A stretch of 64,000 bases of DNA, taken from NCBI GenBank assembly GCA_041287635.1, contig JBGGNG010000149.1, forward strand, positions 3,424-67,423, written 5' to 3'. The position numbers and the translations under genes were made by a program. The DNA is from Actinomycetota bacterium. GTDB taxonomy: Bacteria > Actinomycetota > UBA4738 > HRBIN12. A model generated the notes under the pieces. It was not told where the DNA came from, searched no databases, and was given only the letters and a program-made list of their open reading frames with translations. Positions 56,586-64,000 of this stretch are shown here, one piece after another; the first letter of the stretch is position 1, and every line of letters begins with the position of its first letter.

Positions 56586-59003
56586 ATGGCGACGAAGACT
56601 TCCCCGTCGCGGCGTTCGTCGTCGCGTGCATCCAGCCGTCCAGCAGGCAAGAAGGCGTCTTCGAAGCGCCCGGCCGCGAAGAAGCCGGCGCCGAAGAAGA
56701 AGCCCCAGCGCGCGCCCGCGACCCAGATCCTTTCGCCGTTCGCGCGCGACACCCTGGGCATCGGGCTCATGGTGCTCGCCGGCCTCGCGGTGTTGTCCAT
56801 GTGGTTCGACGCCGCCGGCCCGATGGGCGACGCGTTCTCACGTCTGTTGCACACCGGGTTCGGGCTCGCCGCCGTGCTGTTCCCGCTCGTCGGGTTGGGC
56901 TGGGGCATCGCGCTGCTCCGGGACCGCTCGCCCGAGGAGCGCATGCGCATGTTCATCGGGTTCGTGATCATGGGACTCGGGGTGCTGGGGCTCGTTTCGA
57001 TCCTGCGGGGCAACCCGGGGGTGTTCGCTCCCGCCGTCGACACGAAGGTTCGCGGCGCCGGCGTGACGCAGGGCTTCTCCGACGCCGGCGGGTTCTTCGG
57101 CACGCTCGGCGCATATCCGCTCTCGAAGGTCGTTTCGCCGGCCGGCGCCTTCCTCGTGGACCTGGGTCTCGCCGTGATCGGCACGCTGATCATGACGGGC
57201 ACGTCGTTCGCCGAGCTCGGCCGGAAGTTCGCCGCGACCCGTGCGTCGCTCGCCGAGAAGCGTGCGACCAAGGCGGTCGACGAGCAGGCGAAGGCGGAGG
57301 CAGCCATCGAGAAGCAACGTCTGAAGGACGAGCGTGCCGTCGAGAAGGCCGCGAAGCAGGCCGAGAAGGGCACCAAGGCCAAGCTCACCGAACGGCTCGG
57401 TCTCACCGAGCCGGTCGTGGTGCTGCCGGACTCCGAGGCGCTCGGGGCGCTGGACCTCCCTCCCGAGGCTTCCGAGGCCGAGGACGCACCGGTTCCTTCG
57501 AAGCCGCGCGGGCGGACGATCGCGACGGCCGACGGGCCCTACCAGCTTCCTTCGCTCGACCTACTGCGCACGGCGCCGCCGTCCACGAACGACGGTGTGC
57601 ACGAGAAGGACATCATGGAGGCGCTCGGGCACACGCTCTCCACGTTCGGCGTCGATGCGAAGGTGACCGCGGCCCACCGTGGCCCTACAGTGACGATGTA
57701 CGAGGTCGCGGTCGCCTCGGGCACGAAGGTCAACAAGGTGCTGAACCTCTCGAGCGATATCGCCTACGCGCTCGCCACACCGGATGTCCGCATCATCGCC
57801 CCGATCCCGGGCAAGTCGGCGATCGGTATCGAGGTGCCGAACCGCCACCGCGACTTCGTGATGCTCGGCGACATCCTGCGTTCGAAGGCCGCGAAGCAGG
57901 CGACCCATCCGCTCACGGTCGCCCTCGGCAAGGACATCCACGGCGAGGCGCAGATGGTGAACCTGGCGACGATGCCGCACGTGTTGATCGCGGGGGCGAC
58001 CGGTGCCGGCAAGTCGAGCCTGGTGAACAGCTTCATCACGTCGATCCTGATGCGCACGAGCCCGGACGACGTCCGGCTCGTCTTGGTCGACCCCAAACGG
58101 GTGGAGCTCAGTCACTTCGCCGACGTGCCGCACCTGCTGAGTCCGGTGATCGTGCACCCGAAGCGGGCCACCGAGGCCCTCGAGTGGATCGTGCGCGAGA
58201 TGGAGATGCGCTACGAGATGCTCGCGACAGTCGGCGTGCGCGACATCGACGGGTACGAGGAAGGCCTGCGCGAGGGCACGCTGCGGCTGCCGGTCGGGCG
58301 CGAGCACGAGTACCAGCACATGAGTTACATCGTGGTCGTGATCGACGAACTCGCCGACCTGATGATGGTGGCGCCCCGCGCGGTCGAGGACGCGATCTGC
58401 CGCATCGCCCAGATGGCCCGCGCGGTGGGCATCCATCTCGTCGTGGCGACCCAGCGCCCGAGCGTGGACGTCGTCACCGGGTTGATCAAGGCGAACATCC
58501 CGAGCCGGATCGCCCTGATGACGTCGAGCCAGGCAGACTCACGCGTGGTGCTCGACCAGAACGGCGCCGAGAAGCTCGTCGGTCACGGCGACATGCTCTT
58601 CGCTCCCGCCAACGCGTCGAAGCCAACGAGGCTGCAGGGCGCCTGGGTGACCGAGGCGGAGATCCACAGCATCTCGGAATTCATCCGGACCCAGCGCGAG
58701 GTCGTCTACGAGCAGCACATCGAGGGGCTCGGCATCCCGCCGACCGAGGCCGAGCTCTCCGCGGGCTCGAGCGGCGCGGGCGACAGCGACGACGATCTGG
58801 TCAACCAGGCCGCCGAGCTGATCGTCCGCTCCCAGCTCGGCTCGACCAGCATGCTCCAGCGCAAGCTGAAGGTGGGCTTCGCGCGAGCCGGGCGCATCAT
58901 GGACCTGCTCGAGGAGCAGGGCGTGGTCGGCCCGAGCCAGGGCTCGAAGGCCAGAGACGTGCTCGTGACCTGGGAAGAGTGGGAGGAGCGGCGCAGCGCC
59001 TGA
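56586..59003 (+). CDS. ftsK: DNA translocase FtsK
   Basis: 805 aa. Basic N-terminus, 4 TM segments, Walker A GATGAGKS, gamma domain LQRKLKVGFARAGRIMDLLE. Confidence 0.95.
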   Translation: MATKTSPSRRSSSRASSRPAGKKASSKRPAAKKPAPKKKPQRAPATQILSPFARDTLGIGLMVLAGLAVLSMWFDAAGPMGDAFSRLLHTGFGLAAVLFPLVGLGWGIALLRDRSPEERMRMFIGFVIMGLGVLGLVSILRGNPGVFAPAVDTKVRGAGVTQGFSDAGGFFGTLGAYPLSKVVSPAGAFLVDLGLAVIGTLIMTGTSFAELGRKFAATRASLAEKRATKAVDEQAKAEAAIEKQRLKDERAVEKAAKQAEKGTKAKLTERLGLTEPVVVLPDSEALGALDLPPEASEAEDAPVPSKPRGRTIATADGPYQLPSLDLLRTAPPSTNDGVHEKDIMEALGHTLSTFGVDAKVTAAHRGPTVTMYEVAVASGTKVNKVLNLSSDIAYALATPDVRIIAPIPGKSAIGIEVPNRHRDFVMLGDILRSKAAKQATHPLTVALGKDIHGEAQMVNLATMPHVLIAGATGAGKSSLVNSFITSILMRTSPDDVRLVLVDPKRVELSHFADVPHLLSPVIVHPKRATEALEWIVREMEMRYEMLATVGVRDIDGYEEGLREGTLRLPVGREHEYQHMSYIVVVIDELADLMMVAPRAVEDAICRIAQMARAVGIHLVVATQRPSVDVVTGLIKANIPSRIALMTSSQADSRVVLDQNGAEKLVGHGDMLFAPANASKPTRLQGAWVTEAEIHSISEFIRTQREVVYEQHIEGLGIPPTEAELSAGSSGAGDSDDDLVNQAAELIVRSQLGSTSMLQRKLKVGFARAGRIMDLLEEQGVVGPSQGSKARDVLVTWEEWEERRSA

Positions 59004-59010
59004 AGGCCGC

Positions 59011-59388
59011 TCAGAGGGCGCCGACGCGCCGGGCCACCTGGAAGAGGGTGTCGGCGTGCTGCTGCGGGTCGATCATGAATCTGCCGGCCATGCCCACCTG
59101 GCCCTGCCAGTAAGCGTAGATGCGCTCGGCGTTCCACCCTCGTTCGGCACCGCTGCGGAAGCTCCGGACGAGCTCGCTGCCGCTCCAGATCGCCGGGGGA
59201 GCGACGATGAAGCCACCCCGGGCCCCATCGATCGAGACCCAGTAGGCCCCGACCAGCCCCCATCGGCCATCGTCGAGCTGGCCCGAGACCAACAGGAACT
59301 TCACCGGGCCCTCCGAGAGCGTGTCGGGCGCGGTCACGGGTTCGCGGATCGCCGAGAGCGGCGAGGACTTCCAGGTCGTGTCGTTCAT
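59011..59388 (-). CDS. Hypothetical protein
   Basis: About 125 aa from ATG 59388 (alternatives 59400, 59433). Coding-like GC3. No recognisable motif. Confidence 0.4.
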   Translation of the reverse strand: MNDTTWKSSPLSAIREPVTAPDTLSEGPVKFLLVSGQLDDGRWGLVGAYWVSIDGARGGFIVAPPAIWSGSELVRSFRSGAERGWNAERIYAYWQGQVGMAGRFMIDPQQHADTLFQVARRVGAL

Positions 59389-59524
59389 GTCAGGCTCCAT
59401 CAGCACGGGTTCCCTCCCCCTCCGAGCGCACACTAATCCCCCGAACGGGGCCGATGCGCCCGGCGAAAGTCGGTGTTTTCCGGCGCGGGGGCCGTCGGAA
59501 GTCGGTAGTTCTGCGTCTCCTGGC

Positions 59525-60055
59525 CTAGGCGGGGTCGCGTACAGCAGGCGTGCCGTCGGCGAGCTTCACCCACTGTTCGTGATCACGCCAGGCTCCCCGG
59601 ATGAACAGGTACCTAGGCGAGAAGCCCTCTCGATGGAACCCCGCTCCCCGCACCAGCGCGATCGAGGCCTCATTGCCCGGCTGCACGTTCGCCTGCACGC
59701 GATGCAGACCGAGATCCTCGAACGCGTACCGCAGTAGCAGCGGCATCGCCGCGCGCATGTATCCCTGCCCGGCGAACGGCTCGAACGCGTAGTAGCCGAG
59801 GAACGCATTCCGGAACGGACCCATCACGATCTGCGACAGGTTCATCACCCCCGCGATCGAACCGTTCTCGGCGTCGCAGACCAGGAGCGAGCGGTCGGTC
59901 TCGGTACGGTTGCGTGTCAGCAGGCGCTCGAACCAGGGCGCTGGATCGCCCGGCTCCAGCCAGGGGTCGTGCAGCTCGCCCGACCCCAGGAGGCGCTCGA
60001 TGAACTCCGTCCGGTCGCCCTCGACCGGCGGGCGCAGCACGACCCGGGGGGTCAT
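59525..60055 (-). CDS. GNAT family N-acetyltransferase (RimJ/RimL-like)
   Basis: 176 aa. LGLHRVQANVQPGNEASIALVRGAGFHREG is typical of the RimJ/L clade. ATGA overlap with the ppa stop. Confidence 0.8.
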   Translation of the reverse strand: MTPRVVLRPPVEGDRTEFIERLLGSGELHDPWLEPGDPAPWFERLLTRNRTETDRSLLVCDAENGSIAGVMNLSQIVMGPFRNAFLGYYAFEPFAGQGYMRAAMPLLLRYAFEDLGLHRVQANVQPGNEASIALVRGAGFHREGFSPRYLFIRGAWRDHEQWVKLADGTPAVRDPA

Positions 60056-60540
60056 GCGTCGTGCGCGCGCGCCTTCGCCTCGGCGATCACACGCTCGGCC
60101 GATGCCCGGTCCTCGAACCCCTCGGTGCTCACCTTGTGCCCTTCGAGGTCCTTGTAGACCTGGAAGAAGTGCTCGATCTCGTTCAGCAGCGTCATCGGCA
60201 GGCCGGCGAGATCGCCGACGTGTGACCAGATCGGGTCGCGCAGCGGCACACACAGGATCTTCTCGTCCTCGCCCTTCTCGTCGGTCATCCGGAACAACCC
60301 GATCGGACGCACGTTGATGCGACATCCCGGGAACGTCGGCTCGCCCACGAACACGAGGGCATCGAGCGGATCGCCGTCACCGCCGAGGGTGCCGTCGATG
60401 AACCCGTAGTCGGCCGGATACTGCATCGAGGTGAAGAGCATGCGGTCGAGCACGATCTCGCCCGTCACGTGGTCCATCTCGTACTTGTTGCGGGAGCCCT
60501 TCGGGATCTCCACGAACACGGTGAGCGAGTCCTCGACCAT
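60052..60540 (-). CDS. ppa: Inorganic pyrophosphatase (family I)
   Basis: VFVEIPKGSRNKYE, DGDPLDALV, DEKIL motifs. 162 aa from ATG 60540. Confidence 0.9.
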   Translation of the reverse strand: MVEDSLTVFVEIPKGSRNKYEMDHVTGEIVLDRMLFTSMQYPADYGFIDGTLGGDGDPLDALVFVGEPTFPGCRINVRPIGLFRMTDEKGEDEKILCVPLRDPIWSHVGDLAGLPMTLLNEIEHFFQVYKDLEGHKVSTEGFEDRASAERVIAEAKARAHDA

Positions 60541-60578
60541 GCGGGGGAGTGTACCGGCGCTATCATCCCGGGGTTCAC

Positions 60579-61322
60579 ATGGCCGGCACATCGCTGCAAC
60601 GACCCATCGGGGTCGGCCCGGCGCTCGAGAAGGCACGACGCATCCGCGGGCTCTCGCTCGATGCTGCTTCGCGCGACACGAGGCTCCGGATCGACCAACT
60701 CACCGCCCTCGAAACCGAGGACTTCGCGGCGCTGCCCAACGACGCCTTCGTCCGGGGAGCCCTGCGCACCTACGCCCAGTACCTGGGCGTCAACCCTGAC
60801 AAGGTCCTCGGCGCGTATGCGAAGCACGCCGCCGAGCCCGAGGCCCCGGCGCCTCCCGAGGGACTCGGACGCATCGAGCGAGCGATCGCGGCCACGCGCA
60901 TCCGCGACAACCAGCGGTTCCTGCTGTTCGGGGCGGCGACGCTCGTCATCCTGCTGCTGCTCTTCGGGCTCGTCGCCCGTGACCGTGGCGCCCCGGCCCC
61001 GGCTGCGATCCCGACGACCGCTCCGCCGGCGGCGACCGCGTCGTCGACGATCGACGCCGTGCTCGTCGCGCTGCGTCCCGTCGAGGTCACGGTGACCGTC
61101 GACGGCGCCCCCGAGATCCACGACATGGAGGAGGGCGAGACCCTCTCGTTCTCCGCCGACGAGGAACTCGTGCTCGCCGTCGCCGACGGTGGCGCGGTGC
61201 AGGTGACGGTCGCCGGGAGGGACCTGGGAGCACCCGGAGAGCCCGGCACGGCATGGACCGACACGTTCACGTTCGACGTGCGCGAGTCACCCGACGCGAC
61301 GACCGGATCGCCGTCGCCGTGA
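60579..61322 (+). CDS. RodZ-like HTH/DUF4115 membrane protein
   Basis: N-terminal HTH (LEKARRIRGLSLDAASRDTRLRIDQLTALE), FVRGALRTYAQYLG, one TM segment, and a C-terminal beta-rich domain. Confidence 0.7.
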   Translation: MAGTSLQRPIGVGPALEKARRIRGLSLDAASRDTRLRIDQLTALETEDFAALPNDAFVRGALRTYAQYLGVNPDKVLGAYAKHAAEPEAPAPPEGLGRIERAIAATRIRDNQRFLLFGAATLVILLLLFGLVARDRGAPAPAAIPTTAPPAATASSTIDAVLVALRPVEVTVTVDGAPEIHDMEEGETLSFSADEELVLAVADGGAVQVTVAGRDLGAPGEPGTAWTDTFTFDVRESPDATTGSPSP

Positions 61323-62599
61323 GCCGTTCGGTGCGGGTCGAGGTCGTCGGTGTGGGCACCGAGTTGCTGCTCGGCCAGATCGTGAACACCAACGCCCGCT
61401 GGATCGGTGAGCGACTCGCGGAGGTCGGTGCCGACGTTCTGTTCCACCAGGTGGTGGGCGACAACCTCGACCGCATCGTCTCGGTGTTGGAGCTTGCCGC
61501 CTCCCGATCCGACGTCGTGATCACCACGGGCGGGCTCGGGCCCACCGAGGACGACATCACGCGCGATGCGCTCGCGCGGGTGATGGGCGTGCCGCTGGCA
61601 CGCGATCCCGAGCTCGAGCGGTGGCTGCGCGCGCGGTTCGCGGGGTTCGGCGCCGGTCCGATGCCCGAGAACAACCTGCGCCAGGCCGATGTCCCGCGAG
61701 GAGCTGGCACGATCGAGAACGACCGCGGCTCCGCCCCCGGGCTCGTCGCGGATCTGCCGGGCCGCGTTCGGGTCTATGCGCTGCCGGGCGTGCCGACGGA
61801 GATGACCGCGATGATGCGCAGCAGAGTGCTCCCCGACCTCGGCGCCACGATCGGCGCGGCGGTGGTGCGGTCCCGCACGCTGCGGTGCGTGGGCATCGGG
61901 GAATCGAAGGTCGCGGAGATGCTGGCGGACCTCTTTCCGTCGTCGACGAACCCGAGCCTGGCCTACCTCGCTTCGGCGGGCGAGGTGAAGGTGCGGCTCA
62001 CGGCCAAGGCCGACACGGTCGAGGACGCCGAATCGATGATCGCCCCGCTCGCGGCCGAGGTGCATCGTCGACTCGGCGACCTGGTCTTCACGCTCGACGA
62101 CGAGACGCTCGAGCAAGCGGTCTCGCGTCTATTGCTGGCGTCCGGCCGACGCCTCGCGTGCGCCGAGTCGCTCACCGGGGGCAGCGTCGGGGCCCGTCTG
62201 ACCGCCGCCGAAGGCGCCTCGAAGGTCTTCGTCGGGTCGGCGGTCGTGTACACACCTGAGGCGAAGCAGCGAGTGCTCGGTGTGTCGCGCGAGACGATCG
62301 AGGGACCCGGCGTCGTGAGTCGCGAGTGCGCGCTCGAGATGGCGGCCGGCGCCCGGCGCCTGTACGAGGCCGACGTGGCCGTCTCGCTCACCGGCGCCGC
62401 AGGTCCGGAACCACATGACGGCGCCGAGCCGGGGACGGTGTGGATCGGCCTCGACGCCGATGGCGTCACGCACGCTCGCGGCTATGTCGCATCGGGCGAC
62501 CGGGTACGGGTGCGTCGCTCGGCCGAGCAGGCGGGGCTCGACCTCGTGCGTCGCTTCCTCGAGGGCGGGTCGCTGCCTGACGGCGACCGCATCGTCTGA
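61319..62599 (+). CDS. cinA: CinA family protein (MoCF-like domain + nicotinamide-nucleotide amidohydrolase PncC domain)
   Basis: GTGA overlap with the upstream stop. VITTGGLGPTEDDIT and CAESLTGGSVGARLT. Confidence 0.9.
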   Translation: MSRSVRVEVVGVGTELLLGQIVNTNARWIGERLAEVGADVLFHQVVGDNLDRIVSVLELAASRSDVVITTGGLGPTEDDITRDALARVMGVPLARDPELERWLRARFAGFGAGPMPENNLRQADVPRGAGTIENDRGSAPGLVADLPGRVRVYALPGVPTEMTAMMRSRVLPDLGATIGAAVVRSRTLRCVGIGESKVAEMLADLFPSSTNPSLAYLASAGEVKVRLTAKADTVEDAESMIAPLAAEVHRRLGDLVFTLDDETLEQAVSRLLLASGRRLACAESLTGGSVGARLTAAEGASKVFVGSAVVYTPEAKQRVLGVSRETIEGPGVVSRECALEMAAGARRLYEADVAVSLTGAAGPEPHDGAEPGTVWIGLDADGVTHARGYVASGDRVRVRRSAEQAGLDLVRRFLEGGSLPDGDRIV

Positions 62600-62616
62600 G
62601 GCCGGCGACGGCGGCC

Positions 62617-63204
62617 GTGGCGACCGAGAGATCGTCGGGACGGGAGACGAAGCCGCAACGCCTCTTCGCCGCCGTCGCGATTCCGGCGGGGGCTGCCGAC
62701 GCCGTCGAGGCGGCGATCGCAGCCTGGCGCGAGGCGTTCCCGCGGGCTCGATGGGTGCCGCGGGAGAACTGGCACGTCACCCTCGTGTTCCTGGGGTCGA
62801 CGTCTCCCCGACTGGTCCCGTGGGTCCGGGAGCAGCTCGCCGTGGTCGCGGATCGGACCCCGGCGTTCGAGGCGTGCGTGCTGGGGCTCGGCGCTTTCCC
62901 TTCGACGGATCGAGCGCGGGTGCTGTGGGCCGGTCTCGACGACGATCCCGGAACGATCGGGGGACTGGCCGCCGCCGTGCAAAGCGCGTTGGCCCACGAG
63001 TTCCCCCCCGAGCCTCGACCGTTCCTCGCCCACCTGACCGTCGCCAGGAGCAACCACGCGCTCGCGTTGCCACCTGCGTTCGCCCAGACCCCCCTCGAGA
63101 GCGACCGGTTCGAGATCGACGCGCTCGAGCTGATGAGCAGCCAGGGACGGCGAACCGCGCCCCTCTACGAACGGGTCGCGACCTTCCCTCTGGGAAGGCG
63201 ATGA
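62617..63204 (+). CDS. thpR: RNA 2',3'-cyclic phosphodiesterase (2H family, ThpR/LigT)
   Basis: Two H.T motifs: HVTLVFLG and HLTVAR. 195 aa. Confidence 0.85.
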   Translation: MATERSSGRETKPQRLFAAVAIPAGAADAVEAAIAAWREAFPRARWVPRENWHVTLVFLGSTSPRLVPWVREQLAVVADRTPAFEACVLGLGAFPSTDRARVLWAGLDDDPGTIGGLAAAVQSALAHEFPPEPRPFLAHLTVARSNHALALPPAFAQTPLESDRFEIDALELMSSQGRRTAPLYERVATFPLGRR

Positions 63205-63227
63205 CGTCTCCCGTCTGATCCGGATAG

Positions 63228-63256
63228 TTGCATCCGAACAGGTGTTCGGGTAGCGT
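63228..63256 (+). promoter_or_regulatory. recA promoter candidate with embedded LexA (Cheo-type) SOS box
   Basis: TTGCAT (63228-63233), 17 nt, then TAGCGT (63251-63256). The palindrome CGAAC-AGGT-GTTCG at 63235-63248 matches GAAC-N4-GTTC. Confidence 0.65.
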
Positions 63257-63400
63257 GCCGAGAGCGCCGACCGGATCACAGAGGTGTAACTTATGTCAGA
63301 CCCGCTCGATAGCGTGCGCGTTCCAACAGGAGATGAGCTCGCACGGCACCTCCTCGCCGGTGGGCCGAGGGGCCAGAGGGCCAGGGAGAAGGAGGCCAGG

Positions 63401-64000
63401 GTGGACCGCGACAAGATGCTCGACGTCACGCTCCAGCAGATCGAGAAGCAGTTCGGCAAGGGCGCCGTCATGAAGCTCGGGGAGCACCCGGCGGGGGCGG
63501 GCGTGTCGGTGATCCCCACGGGGTCGCTCGCGCTCGACCTCGCGCTCGGCATCGGGGGGGTTCCCCGAGGCCGTGTGATGGAGGTCTTCGGACCCGAGGG
63601 CTCGGGCAAGACCACCGTCTGCCTGCACATCATCGCGGAGGCACAGGCCAACGGCGGCATCGCGGCCTTCATCGACGCCGAGCACGCGCTCGACCCGACC
63701 TACGCGCGAGAGCTGGGCGTGAACATCGACGAGCTGTTGGTCTCACAACCCGACTCGGGCGAGCAGGCCCTCGAGATCGCCGACATGCTCGTTCGTTCGG
63801 CCGCGCTCGACCTCGTGGTCATCGACTCGGTCGCGGCGCTGGTCCCTCGCGCCGAGATCGAGGGCGAGATGGGTGACACCCATGTCGGCCTGCAGGCGAG
63901 GCTCATGAGCCAGGCGATGCGCAAGCTCTCCGGATCGCGCTCGAAGTTCGACACCACGGCCATCTTCATCAACCAGCTCCGCGAGAAGATCGGCGTGATG
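63401..64000 (+). CDS. recA: Recombinase RecA, 5' part (runs off window end)
   Basis: AAGGAGG lies 6 nt before GTG 63401. [27 protein letters not shown], Walker [23 protein letters not shown]. The frame is also open from ATG 63293. Confidence 0.95.
   Translation, partial: MDRDKMLDVTLQQIEKQFGKGAVMKLGEHPAGAGVSVIPTGSLALDLALGIGGVPRGRVMEVFGPEGSGKTTVCLHIIAEAQANGGIAAFIDAEHALDPTYARELGVNIDELLVSQPDSGEQALEIADMLVRSAALDLVVIDSVAALVPRAEIEGEMGDTHVGLQARLMSQAMRKLSGSRSKFDTTAIFINQLREKIGVM

Noticed and set aside
59525-60055. GNAT gene as a toxin of a GNAT/RHH toxin-antitoxin pair
   Set aside because: The sequence is RimJ/RimL-like and overlaps the ppa stop in an operon. No small DUF1778/RHH antitoxin gene lies upstream.
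63228-63473. 81-aa plus-strand ORF overlapping the recA leader
   Set aside because: It overlaps the recA frame out of phase and starts inside the promoter/SOS box. Its composition is Arg/Ser/Pro-rich.

Overview
Very GC-rich actinobacterial (Actinomycetota-type) core chromosome, with third codon positions almost all G/C. A plus-strand backbone of housekeeping genes runs in the classical order: rnhB(3' end)-DUF2469-yraN-comM-dprA-xerC-WhiG/FliA sigma-M23 peptidase-rpsB-tsf-pyrH-frr-cdsA-dxr-rseP-ispG-proS-rimP-nusA-ylxR-infB-DUF503-rbfA-nrnA-truB-ribF-rpsO-pnp-M16 peptidase-dapB-dapA-rnj-ftsK-rodZ-like-cinA-thpR-recA(5' part). Many junctions are 4-nt ATGA/GTGA start/stop overlaps. Small lineage-specific insertions interrupt this backbone, and almost every minus-strand gene belongs to one of them. 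I found no rRNA, tRNA, CRISPR array, transposase or prophage signal. The best candidate for an undescribed system is a 6.9-kb, six-gene membrane module between truB and ribF (36271-43067). It holds two paralogous fusions of a degenerate PAP2 membrane domain to a WaaP/Kdo-like kinase domain, an intact stand-alone PAP2 phosphatase, a stand-alone MprF-flippase-like (UPF0104) protein, a Cys-rich lipoprotein and an orphan OpuAC-type binding lipoprotein. Secondary observations: a candidate Trp-codon leader peptide and attenuator upstream of trpE; an RNase J gene whose conserved N-terminus lies upstream of any canonical start codon; a response regulator-histidine kinase-YjbQ cassette inserted between rseP and ispG; a CdsA with a roughly 290-aa acidic N-terminal extension; a frameshifted LysE-family gene; perfect tandem repeats (12 bp intergenic, 18 bp inside nusA); and a Cheo-type SOS box in the recA promoter. 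All protein calls rest on motif recognition by eye, with no database search.
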